Part shown: positions 48,384-59,896 of the stretch, in pieces
How the letters are laid out: the number at the start of each line of letters is the position of its first letter
Numbering within the stretch: the first letter of the stretch is position 1
From: Acanthaster planci
Lineage: Eukaryota
Reading direction: 5' to 3'
DNA length: 64,000 bases
Assembly: GCF_001949145.1 (NCBI RefSeq)
Contig: NW_019091359.1
Span: 1,562,540 to 1,626,539 of the forward strand
Notes under the pieces: generated by a model
Told to the model about the DNA's origin: nothing
Database searches by the model: none
Seen by the model: only the letters and a program-made list of their open reading frames with translations
Made by a program: the position numbers and the translations under genes

Positions 48384-50811
48384 ACGAGCTGTTTCACAAC
48401 CACGAGACCCCTTTGTATCCTATGATCGCCGCCGCAATGTTTCGCTGGTAATCTGCATCCTTAAAACTTTATGTGCTGAAATAGAGTAAATCGATTATTC
48501 TTTTGTGCTTGATATGATCTCACAAAAATGTAAAATTCAATGCTTCCGCAGTTGCTTGTGTTAAGTCGTGTGCCCTAAATGTTCATGTGCAGTTACTGCC
48601 CTTCTCGAACACTTTCTTCTGGGAAAAATAGGCAAGTTGTGGGTAAGAATTGGTGATTATAATAATTATATAACACTGTGTTTCATGACATCCCATGATC
48701 TTAGCCAAATTCGTACCGAGTCTTCGAAGACTGATGTCTTAGAGGGAAAAAAAAACAAACAAACATTGCACTGATAATGGAAGAGTATAACAAAATAACG
48801 AAGTTTACTCACAATGACAAAGCTAATATTACAGGCTCCACTTGTCCAGCTAGACTGGAGGCAGCAAGGGGGCATTTTTTGCATTTTTCTGTCATTCATC
48901 TGACTGGGCGGCAACGATAATCCAGCACTTTGAAGTGCCAGAGCTGAATTTACTTCTTTTTCCTTTCTCCATGATGATTTCTGTCTCCCTGAACGTACCA
49001 TCACCTTGCTGTTCAGCAGCGATACGTGTTTCTACTTTGGGGAATTCTGGCCCCAAGATATCTCTCCTCAAGCAATCTGGTTTTGCGAATTTGCAGCGGT
49101 ACAGATCCCAAATTTTCATAATCATTAATTTTCAAATAAGTTTTGTTTTTTACTGGCATGATAGTGACAAGCCAAGCACACCGACCACCAAACGTGGGTT
49201 GAAGAATTTGACTGTTTCAATTGTTAATTAAACAAAGAAATTATTTTTTCGTAATATTTATCCTGAGATTCACAAAGATGAGCAAGACTTTTTTTCGAAC
49301 TGTGTGACATATTCTAATTGGTTGTGGATTTGATTTTGTAAATAGAACGATAGAGTTCTTAGTATCTATATTGAAAACATAAGATCCCAAGGAATGTGTT
49401 ATTATTGGGACGTTCATACCTGGGGTGGTGATACCCTACGGTGGTGGGGTACGCTTTTTTAGGTTAGGAATTGATCTCTCCTGTGATAAAGATACTTCAA
49501 ACAAAGATCAAAAATTGGCACAAGGAATTTTTCTGACTGTATACAAGAGTTGATTTATTTCTATTTGAAATCAAGTTGAGAAATTTAGGACTGCCCCAAT
49601 ATGTAGATTGAGAAAACTTACACAATTGTGGACACTAATAAATGAAGTTTGAAAATGATAAAATAATTGATATGGATTGATTGACCAGTAATGGACAAAG
49701 AAACTTATGCTGTGATAATTGCAACAGTAAAAAGTGAAGTCATAAGATATGACAGATCCAATAGGCAAAGGGATAAGACTACAAGATAAAAAGACAAAAG
49801 GGCGCTGTGCAACCTGCTCTCTCTACAGAGTTCAGCTGTGTAAAAACCACACATTGAACCAGTTCAAGGACATGTAATAGTTGTTGAGTGCAACATGAAA
49901 AAGTCGTTACGTTTCGTGCATGAGTACGAGTCACATGGCCAAACTTTTCACACAACTTTCATGACAACGCAACAAACAAAATCAGTCCAAATGATAAAGT
50001 TTTGACCTCACTCGGAGCCCACACTTGGCCCACACGTACTACGAGACAAATCTGTCATTGTGAACAGGCCAGAACCGTGCTTAGCGATAAACGAATGATA
50101 AAAGTTGCAAAAGTTTATGACAAGAGTGAACTTACGTCCTGACAGAACAAACTCCTGCTAGGGAGAGGCAGATCGTCACGTACGCCACGGCGAAGTACGT
50201 CGCGTAAGCGTACAAAAATACGCTCATGTCTGGTACGATTTTATGGACTAAAACCTGTTTTGGCAGACTAATATTGATGAGGATACGATTAATTTATGAT
50301 TATGGCAATGAACAACCACTTGGGCGACTCTACAAAGAAAATACAACAATTTAAATACAATATCGGGACTATGTTGAATGCGTGAGGACACTCGGGCTTG
50401 GGAGAAAGTGCGTGGTGTGGAAACCTGATAGAACCCTAGACTTGACAAAGTCTGACCACCACATTATTTTGTTACATTTTGAAGATTAGTACACTCAGTC
50501 AAATAGAAACAACGGAGAAAGTTTGTGGAAGCTGAGCAGATTCACTCGTTTACTTGGATAAACATTGATTATAATTATAATGTCACGACCGGTTGCGAAT
50601 GACCATGGGCAGTGGTCATGGGCGCCACTAGCCTGGTAGGAAGGTCCGCCAAATGGTCAGCCGTGGATGCTGAAGCCGGTCTTCAACAGATAGTTCAGTC
50701 AACTTCGAGACAGAAGCCAAAAGTGCCACTTCACATAATTAATTGGCAATATTTAATGCCTCAGAAATGGAATTGACAAGATCAGAAATTTTAGATAAGA
50801 ATCAGTTATCT

Positions 50812-51290
50812 ACAAAAAGAGATGTATCTATTTCGTTTCCTGTTTTGGATGGACTGTGAACTCTAGGGTCATTGGGATGAATTTATGCACCAAAATGCAC
50901 AAAGCCAGGGGACCCTCACGGGTAATGCTATGAAGTGCAATTACATGCAGAATTTTATGCAGGAATGGGCGGACTGAGCTTTGTTTGATCTCAGTTTATG
51001 ATGTCAGAATGCGAATCATTAAACATCAAGGGAGCTCTAGGACCCTCTAAGCGACCAATTTTTAGAACCGCAATCACACGACCCCAATCTTCAGAAGCGG
51101 AAACGAAATAGAGATATCTCTTTTGCATAACTATATTAGTAATAAAGATAGCTATATTAGAAATAGAGATATTGCTGTTAACGGTAGAGATATGTCTATT
51201 TCACTATTAATAACAAAGATATACCTATTTCTATTTCTTTGCACGTCTCGAAATAAAGATATCTCTAGTTTGGGATTAAATATCAACTTT
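50812..51290. repeat. Fold-back-like AT-rich element with repeated AGATAT/ATATCT sub-units
   Basis: CAAAAAGAGATGTATCTATTTCGTTTCC (~50813-50840) is inverted relative to GGAAACGAAATAGAGATATCTCTTTTG (~51099-51125). Several AATA(G/A)AGATA units follow at 51100-51270. Confidence 0.5.
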
Positions 51291-51447
51291 TCACGCCATA
51301 AATTCTAGCAGAAAGTAGGTCCTGTATGCAGCAGATATAAACATAGTTGCCATCACAGGTGTGTTTTAAACAATCAGTTATTGTTATCAGTCATTGTGCG
51401 AAAGAAGTAAAGTAAGCATGTACAGGTAGTACAATTACGATTTTCAA

Positions 51448-52719
51448 TTAACAGCCCTTGATCCTCTTGAAAACCAATTTGCAGTCTTTCCTAAACCGCC
51501 TGTTTGCCAGTCCGTAAATCAATGGATTAACAGCGTTGTTGATGTAAAGTACTGCATAAATTTTCCCCAGTATTTCATAGAACGCTGGGTTAGTGTACGA
51601 TGCAAACCTTCCGGCAACAAACATGAAGTAGGGTAACCATGTTAGTAGAAACACCACACTGGTGATGAAGAGCATTCTGGTTGTCTTACGCTGAAAGACA
51701 GCAGCGTCGGCCTTTGGTACTGCGTGTTCTGCATCATCGAGGATTTTGCTTGGATTACCACTCCCGCTAACGACACGAGAGTCTGTCTTATTTGATGTAC
51801 CGGTACGTGTGGCCATTTTTTCTGATGGCGGTCGACCGACAGGACCTTTCTCGCTTTCGTCAAGAGATGACTTGTCAACAACGACATCACGGCTTAAGGC
51901 TCGCTTGAACTGCGAAGTGCCGGCATCGCCTTCTTCACCGGAGCTTGGCTTGCTGACATGTGTCGACACCGAAGAGACCAGGTTGGTCTTGGGATCGACG
52001 GTTGTGAGCGCAGCAGTGGACAGCCTTGTCGACAGTAAGTCACCTGCCCTCGAACAGAGGCGGTCTTCAACTTTGGCTCCAGGATGAACTCTGAGGTGTC
52101 TTTTGATTGTTAGGTAAACCTTTCCATAACATAATGTGATCATTACCACAGCTGCGACGAAGCAAAAAACTTGGAAAGCTTGTTCTACAGTCGTCAATGT
52201 AAGGTTGTCGGTTCTAGGGATAAAAGCTGGAATGTTGATGAAGAATGAAAATACCAGCACTGCCCCGGCTGTTATTTTGCCCCGTCTGTGCGTGAAGAAC
52301 CGGCGATGTGGTCGGCAAACGCAGTCGTAGCGGTCTGCTGCTATCACTCCAGTCATCATAATTGATGTACCGATAGCAACGTTGTTGAATCCTTGGAGGA
52401 CTTGTTCGATCATCAAGAATACACCACCCACGATAATATCAGCCACGAATACAGCAGTGTAACAAATGCGATTTACACCAAGCAGGCAGACACAGAGGTC
52501 AGCCCAGGCTAAACCCATGATGAAAACATGTGTGCTGGTTTTCAGAGGTTTATTCCAATAGACAAAGAGAATGAGGCAGTTACCGGGCACACCGAACAAA
52601 AACACAATTATGTCCAAGACCAGTCGATATATCATGTTTGAGTCAGTGTCAGACGAGCCAAGACCCCCTTCTGTTCTTTCATAAATGGCTGTAGAATTTG
52701 GCCTGGAAAAGTTTTCCAT
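51448..52719 (-). CDS. Single-exon class A orphan GPCR, 423 aa (GPCR-5)
   Basis: MENFSRPNST, GVPGNCLI, LAWADLC, AADRYDCVCRP, TWLPY, NNAVNPLIY; close paralog of GPCR-4 and GPCR-6. Confidence 0.95.
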   Translation of the reverse strand: MENFSRPNSTAIYERTEGGLGSSDTDSNMIYRLVLDIIVFLFGVPGNCLILFVYWNKPLKTSTHVFIMGLAWADLCVCLLGVNRICYTAVFVADIIVGGVFLMIEQVLQGFNNVAIGTSIMMTGVIAADRYDCVCRPHRRFFTHRRGKITAGAVLVFSFFINIPAFIPRTDNLTLTTVEQAFQVFCFVAAVVMITLCYGKVYLTIKRHLRVHPGAKVEDRLCSRAGDLLSTRLSTAALTTVDPKTNLVSSVSTHVSKPSSGEEGDAGTSQFKRALSRDVVVDKSSLDESEKGPVGRPPSEKMATRTGTSNKTDSRVVSGSGNPSKILDDAEHAVPKADAAVFQRKTTRMLFITSVVFLLTWLPYFMFVAGRFASYTNPAFYEILGKIYAVLYINNAVNPLIYGLANRRFRKDCKLVFKRIKGC

Positions 52720-55700
52720 GAGTTCCGATTTCTGCACGATCCTCAGCTCAGATGTATGGTATAGTGATTGTATTCTACGACGCTGCGACAGACGATGGCT
52801 TTGGCAGTGAAGAGAAACTCGGTTTGCTCTCGGTGTGTAAGAGGAAAATCTCAGCCTGGAATGCAGCTGTACACTGCTGATCGATGGACCAATCACAGCT
52901 TAGCAAGTTCATTTTGATAGTCATCGAGTTCGTTATGGTTGTTGTCATCGAACCATTGTGAATTATATTTGTGTAAAACGCTACCATCTCTAAGTAGAAT
53001 TCAAACACATCTTGCAAACAGTCGGCTTTGGTTTAACTGGTATACTTATTTAGTCATATACTCAATGCTGACCGTATACCGTACATTAAAACACAAAAGA
53101 CAACAGGCATTTTAAATAAATAACACTTAACCTTTCCTAGGAGCTGCTTTTGACCAAGTAAATTGTCGCCGACCTCGAGCCACAGCAAAGGCAAAACAAA
53201 ATTTCCGCCCCTTGATTCAACTTTTAATTTAATGAGTATGTCAAGAAACTGATTTCTGGCCCAATTTAATAAAGAGTGTGTGACGCGGCGTTTTCAACGG
53301 GCTTTTATTCAATTGAGGGAAACTGACCTTGATTAAATTTGGGTGTGCTTGGCGGCTTGTTAAGAATTTTTAAAAGCAAGCGTCTATTAAATTTTTGCTT
53401 CGGTCCTGAATAGGCATCAGAGAGTGCTAAGGGATAGGATGGGAGTTTTTTAAATAGCGCGTGAGTATTTCTTCGATGTGATTTTCTTGCGGCCAGTAGA
53501 TACTTTGGTAGCAGCTGCAACTTATTGAGCAGAAAGATATAATAACTGAAGTATAACAAATAAACCCCAACTATAGAGGTTATAAGTTCGATAAACTTCC
53601 TCAAATACGTTGACTTCAGATGCCTGAAATAAAATCAGGTAATTGTGATCCGACAAAATGACAAAATGAGAGTAGAGTTTCATCTTGCTCTTTCCTATTT
53701 TGAGGGCTCAATGTTGTAGGCCTATTGCCGTGGGGGACAAGTTTGGGTTTTGTAATATTTAAAAAATAAGCTGTCGCCTGTTTAATTCCAAATATTTCAC
53801 AGGACTTTCAGAGCAACTTTGATGAGAGCAGTGTTCGTCCCTGGTAGGATATATTGAAATAATGTCGGAAACGAAGACGCCAGGCAGCCACAATAATGCA
53901 ACATTATAACCTTTTACTTTTACCGTAAGTGTTCCGTGTTATACCACTGGAGAGCTCTTTTTAATTAAATTGAATTAAAACTGAATTAAAAAATGCCAAT
54001 ATCTCAAGTTTTGAAAATTCCGACTTTCAGCTCATTTTGCGGCGACAGGCCACAATTATGTGACGTCTGCCAGACAATGTGCCAACTAAGACTTAAACTT
54101 ACCAAAAACTGGGCTCGAGGTTAATTAAACACTACGTTCCTTATTTGTTTTTATTAAAACCAACTTCACATATTTATTTGACTTTTTTTTAGAGACATTA
54201 AACAATGGGACTACGTTTGGCTATAGCCAAGGGATCTAAAACTCTCCAGTCCATTTATTCAAGAGAATCTCCAACCATCCTGATCCAGATGATCACGTGC
54301 AATATATGGAACGTTAAAAGTCATGAAGCGCTGTGCTGAAGCGATAAGTTTTGCTAGCCCACTCACCGGAATCAAATAATGCTGCATTGAAGATCGCTGA
54401 GGGAACCGTGCACCAACTGCTAGGACGTCTATATGAGACTGAGGCTCCACGTCAGGTTTCCTTGAACAACTCCTCCATGGAAAAAGAAAACAAGTACATG
54501 TATGCATTCCAGGCAACTGCATACATGCATATTGGGACTTCAAAGCGTGAAATACATGTGTTATGCAAATGCACAATTTCTGGCAGTGAAGGCGTGCCGA
54601 CCACCAAAAGGTTGCTATGAGAAGATATCAATGCGGTCACATTCACTTAAATAATACAATATAATACATTATCAAATTTTCTACAATATTTGTACAATTC
54701 ATGCATGTACAGATGTACCAAAATGAAATGTCAATTAGCTGCGTCACCAACCTGCGTGTTCGTTTAAGGTGTCGAAGTAAGAAAGTGAGGTCGCCTTTAC
54801 TCGGACACGAAGTAGAAATAGCATGTATTATCCAGTATCTTAATAGCTCCGTAAATAATTCGATACTGAAGGCCAGCAATATATCATGCCAAACTTTAAA
54901 CAGGAAAACTATGCAACTGTGATGTAGCGAACGGGAGGTATGTAGCTTATATTGCCTGCGGCTGGATGCTTGAACACAAAAAACGCTTCTTATTTCTGGC
55001 GGCCACCATGGTCCTCAGGCAGCCGCCTTTAATTTCGGGCTGTTGGCATTGACACTAAATCCCAAGGAGGAGATTACCTAACTTATGAAGTACAAATATT
55101 TCCATTCTGATAAATGTTTACGTTGCCAGAAACAATATTCACTCGGTGTTTGAGAAAATCCGTATGCTATCCAATGACACCATTCCATTTCCGTTGTGGT
55201 AATTGAAGCGTACTTTTGCCATTGTCTCACCATGCCACCGATCCTTTCCCGAGTTGCATCAAGGAGTCTTTCCTTCAGTTCAATAAAAGAGGCTTGCCAA
55301 CGCCTTGGCATACACTCTTTATTAAGTCTGGCGACCTCAAGTAGCATCCTTACACTTTGATTTAATGAAAACGGGTCGAAAACGCCACAACAGACCTCTT
55401 TTGATTAACTTAGATCATCGCGAGTTGCATCCAGGTGCTCTTATTGAATTTGTCGGAAAGGAGCTTGAAAACACCGCTTCTGCCAATCTTGATCAAACTA
55501 GGCCCGTACATGCGTCAGATTTAATTCAATTTGAATTGAAGGACTGTTCAATTTGTTCGGACTTTCCTGTGGCTCGAAGTCAGTGACAATTTAATTGATG
55601 AAGAGGAGCTCCCAAAAAGGTTACTTAAAACCCTCCGGTGCGCCGACCTCGTATTTATTTTATTTGAAATGCATTTTGTCTTCTTTGCTTGCAAACAACG

Positions 55701-56052
55701 AGTCCATGGATAAAATAAGAAGTGAGTCCTCATCCGAAAGACTGCTGTTTAAATCAAAGTGCCTCGATGGCAATAACTATTGCAACTTGCGTGAACCAGT
55801 GATTGGTCAACGGCGAACCTGCATATGTGATTGGACTACTGGGCATAGCACCCAATGAGAAAACAGACATTTTGTTAATCACTTTTTGTCAACTGTATTG
55901 TCGGTAACACGCTTTCCGTGATGCGTATGCATACACTCGCTACTTGTGCACTGAGTGCAGAGCGCGTTTCTCTTCACCGTCGATAGCTATCGTCCGTTGT
56001 TCTCTCGTGCAAACACACCGCCTGATCAGGTGAGGATCGTGCACGAAACGAC

Positions 56053-57330
56053 ATGTCGACAGTCATGGAAAACACGTTCGAGCCGAATTCTACAGCCGCT
56101 TATGGAAGCAAAGAAGGAGCGTATGATTCGCTCGACATCGATTTATACAAATATCAACTGGTTTTGGAATCATTTATTTTCTTGTTCGGTGTGCCCGGTA
56201 ACTGCCTCATTCTCTTTGTCTACTGGAGTAAACCTCTGAAAACCAGCACACACGTTTTCATCATGGGTTTAGCCTGGGCAGACCTCTGTGTCTGCCTGTT
56301 CAGTGTTAATCGCATTTATCAAGGAGCTGTAATCATTAGTAATGCTATCGAGAGCGATGATTTCTTCAATACCCAACACATGATTTGGGCATTCAACAAA
56401 TTGGCTATTTCCGCGTCTATTATTATGACTGCAGTGATAGCAGCTGACCGCTACGACTGCGTTTGCCGACCACATCGCCGGTTTTTCACGTACAGACGAG
56501 GCAAGATAACAGCCGGGGCAGTGCTGGTATTATCATTACTCATGAGCATTCCGTCTTTTATCCCTAGAAGCATCAACATTACGTTAACGACGACTGTGGA
56601 GCAGGCTTTCCAAACTTTCAACTTTGGTACTGCCCTGATAATGATCACTGTATGTTACGGAAAGGTCTATCTAACCATTAAAAAACACGTCCGAGTTGAT
56701 GCTGAAGCCGTAACACGGAACCAAGATTGTTCGAGGGAAGATGACGAACGGTCGACAAGGATACAAACTGATATGCTCACAGCCGTCGAGTCCAACACCA
56801 CTGCAGTTTCTACCTTGTCGGCATTTGTCAGCAAGCCAAGCGAAAAGGCCAATGCCTGCACTTGGCCGTTCCAGGGGACCTCAAGCTATGATGTCGGTGT
56901 CAACGAGTCATTCCTTGAAGAAAGGGAGAAGCCACGTGTCGGTCGATCGCCAACAGCAAGAATGACCCGACATACCGGTACATCAAAGAAGACAGACCCT
57001 CCTGTCGTTGGCGAGAGCGGTAATCCAAGCAAAATCCTCAGAGATGCTGGAAATACAGTACCAAAGACTGATGCTACCGGACTTCAGCGTAAGACAACAA
57101 GAATGCTCTTCATCACCAGCGTAGTCTTTCTACTAACTTGGCTGCCCTACTGGATGATTGTTGCTGCGCAATTTGCCTCCTACGGTAATCCAGTGTTCTA
57201 TAAAATAGTGGGGAAATTTTCTCTCGCACTTTACGTCAACAACGCTGTGAATCCTCTGATTTACGGACTGGCAAACAGGCGGTTCAGGAAAGATTGCAAG
57301 TTAGTTTTTAAGAAGTTTAAGGGCTGTTGA
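56053..57330 (+). CDS. Single-exon class A orphan GPCR, 425 aa (GPCR-6), inverted relative to the rest of the cluster
   Basis: MSTVMENTFEPNST (alternative start 56065), same motifs as GPCR-4/5, ends KGC*. Confidence 0.95.
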   Translation: MSTVMENTFEPNSTAAYGSKEGAYDSLDIDLYKYQLVLESFIFLFGVPGNCLILFVYWSKPLKTSTHVFIMGLAWADLCVCLFSVNRIYQGAVIISNAIESDDFFNTQHMIWAFNKLAISASIIMTAVIAADRYDCVCRPHRRFFTYRRGKITAGAVLVLSLLMSIPSFIPRSINITLTTTVEQAFQTFNFGTALIMITVCYGKVYLTIKKHVRVDAEAVTRNQDCSREDDERSTRIQTDMLTAVESNTTAVSTLSAFVSKPSEKANACTWPFQGTSSYDVGVNESFLEEREKPRVGRSPTARMTRHTGTSKKTDPPVVGESGNPSKILRDAGNTVPKTDATGLQRKTTRMLFITSVVFLLTWLPYWMIVAAQFASYGNPVFYKIVGKFSLALYVNNAVNPLIYGLANRRFRKDCKLVFKKFKGC

Positions 57331-57951
57331 AATAAATCTGTACTTAAATGCTATTTGTGTGAGTATAAAATGAACGTCTTTCGCACATTCTCTTCATGGA
57401 AAGTGATTGTGAAAAATACACAACTGACTACATGTTTGTGTCTGTTACATGTTGCACCTTGGTAGACTTAGGTAATGTGACAAGGACGTTTCTGTACTTT
57501 CTGCTACATTTTTTAATAAATGAAACTGTGAAAACAATATTATACAGAGCATGTGTTGGAATTAAGAAATCACTCAGAATGCAACTACGCACATTAATTA
57601 TTTTCATGTAATTCATTCCTCTGAACAGGCCATGTAGTTTAGATGTTTAGCTTATAAGATGACGCTCGTCGTGGGGGATAGAGGTACCTTATTTCCTATT
57701 TTTGCACGATTTTGTCGCATATAGAAGACCCCGAAGGAGGTCAACACCTGAGTGTTTGGTTTCGCTTTCCGTTTGCATTGGCTTTGTTCCAAAAGAGAGA
57801 ATACTACATGTTGGCGGCGGTCGGTTGGCGACAGCCGCTTGTGAAAGAAATTTAACGAATGTTGCGAAGTTTGGCAGGTGTTTGCAACGAAATGAACACA
57901 GAAACTCCAACGAGAGATGCATGTGTATTCAGTCTCATGTTTATGCACTGT

Positions 57952-58168
57952 AGTCCCCATAGTGACGGTAATCTATGGAGTCCCCATAGTGACGGTAATC
58001 TATGGAGTCCCCATAGTGACGGTAATCTATGGAGTCCCCATAGTGACGGTAATCTGTGGAGTCCCCATAGTGACGGTAATCTATGGAGTCCCCATAGTGA
58101 CGGTAATCTATGGAGTCCCCATAGTGACGGTAATCTATGGAGTCCCCATAGTGACGGTAATCTGTGGA
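57952..58168. repeat. 27-bp minisatellite, 8 near-identical copies (plus a degenerate copy ~58206-58232)
   Basis: Unit AGTCCCCATAGTGACGGTAATCT(A/G)TGG in perfect tandem, no spacers. Confidence 0.95.
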
Positions 58169-59669
58169 GGGATGCGTGTATCTCCATTCTCATTCCTATA
58201 CACTTGGAACCCCATAGTTACGGTAATATATGGCCACAGACAAAAAAATCAAAGTGAAGTAGAAGGCTTTACTGATCGTAGCTATCACAAGTTCTTGTGT
58301 ACCCCAAGATGATAATGATTTTCTTCAGTTTAAGAGCAAGCGTAGAAGCAGACGCATTGTAGCGTTCATCCTCATTATAAGGGTATCGTACATTTTAACA
58401 GTCATGCACTGTATCGATACATTGAACATGTAAAAGGGTAACTATACTATGGTTAAAATTATAAACATTTCACGTGAGTCTTGGCATTTGCATTTTTGTG
58501 GCAAGGCAATTAACTGAAATCCCCAAATCTGTTTGAGTTCAGGTCTTTAAAGTAAGATTTGTTTTGCCCTACTTTGTAAAAATCCTGCACAAGTCAAAAC
58601 GAGTATAGTACGTATGTAGACGGGACGTATCAAATGAAGACCAGCCCTTCTCGATCTTATTGAAACAATAGGTCTATAAGGTAGGTGATGAGCCGTATGG
58701 ATTTAAACGTAATCGGGAGTAATTTGAAAGTACACTATACTTCATAAGTAGCCAGTGCAGTTGGGTTATGAAATGTGATGCGTCATGAGATCGGTCGACT
58801 GGAGTTTCTGTAGGCTGTTTTCGCTCGCACACCACACAACAGAGAAACACGGTAATCAAGACGAGACATATCGAGAGAACGGAATGTATGTTTACAGGTG
58901 TTGAGATCACTGAACTTGCGGATGTGATAATGCTAGTGGCAGTTGGCAGATTGACAAACAGATGTGATTTGATGAGACAAACTCAGACTTCGTCTGAGGC
59001 TGAACTCTCGATTTATTCCTCTCGCTTCTACTCGTGTTTGTAGTGATCGACGTCGCTTGAGGGCGCAAGATTACCTGTCAACATGAAATAACAAATCAAA
59101 CCCTCAAATGTTACGAAATGCAAATCAGACTATGTACATGTATAGTAATGATTGAATGTCCCAGAAAGTGTTAAATTGTTTCAGTCTCCCTCCACATATA
59201 CGCAGATGTCTGCTTTTCGGCACGAATGAAGGTTGTTTCATATACTTCGGGCGAATGCGAAAGCGAATTGGTCGCGAGACAGCTTTGCGGCAAAATTTCG
59301 CTCAAGTTATAATGTGTTCCACTTCGGCAAATTCGCGACGCGAATATTCGATTTGACGTCACAAATTCGCTTCCACTTTCATCAGAAGCCCGGTGAAGGC
59401 TTCTGACCAGAAAACTAAGTGACATCAGAGATTCAAACAACGGGCCCTTAGGGAGCGGATACTATCGGACATGGGGTGCCAACCAAGTCAAACAGGTAGA
59501 GCCTCGTCTAGGGGGAGTTACGACATAATTGCCATAATATTGTTGGAAGCAAAATGGCAGGTGTGACAGTGCATGCGAAAGTGCACACAGATGGTTGCCC
59601 CACACTCTACTGTAGACATATTAAACAGCCATTTGTGTCCATAATCTGAAGCTGACACTATACTGTCTC

Positions 59670-59869
59670 TATAGAGTAATTCGACCACCAGAATTAGAAA
59701 CCATTACTGCGGTGGCACAACACTCGTGGACAGGTGGAGCGCGCGCGTTACATGCCTCTTCGACCAACAGGGTGTCGTGATTTGCCAAATGTACGCGCGC
59801 GTCAAGCTAATAAATGTGCGTGTGAGTGCGGTGCCACCGCAGTTATGGCGTCTAATCGGATTAGTCTAT
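59670..59869. mobile_element. Fold-back MITE (~200 bp)
   Basis: ATTAGAAACCATTACTGCGGTGGCAC..CACTC matches the reverse complement of GAGTG..GTGCCACCGCAGTTATGGCGTCTAAT. Inner GCGCGCGTTACAT / ATGTACGCGCGC. Confidence 0.65.
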
Positions 59870-59896
59870 ACAGAGCTGTACGCACAGGACAAGATT

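Noticed and set aside
54259..55590. Several 70-105 aa ORFs between GPCR-5 and GPCR-6
   Set aside because: No recognisable domain or consistent splice structure; probably non-coding or old repeat debris.
57952..58168. CRISPR-like palindromic 27-bp repeats (also the 36-bp repeats at 17580-17830)
   Set aside because: Units abut with no unique spacers, there are no cas genes, and the context is eukaryotic; these are minisatellites. Their repetitive ORFs (SPHSDGNLW, LHRLPSLWG) are artefacts.
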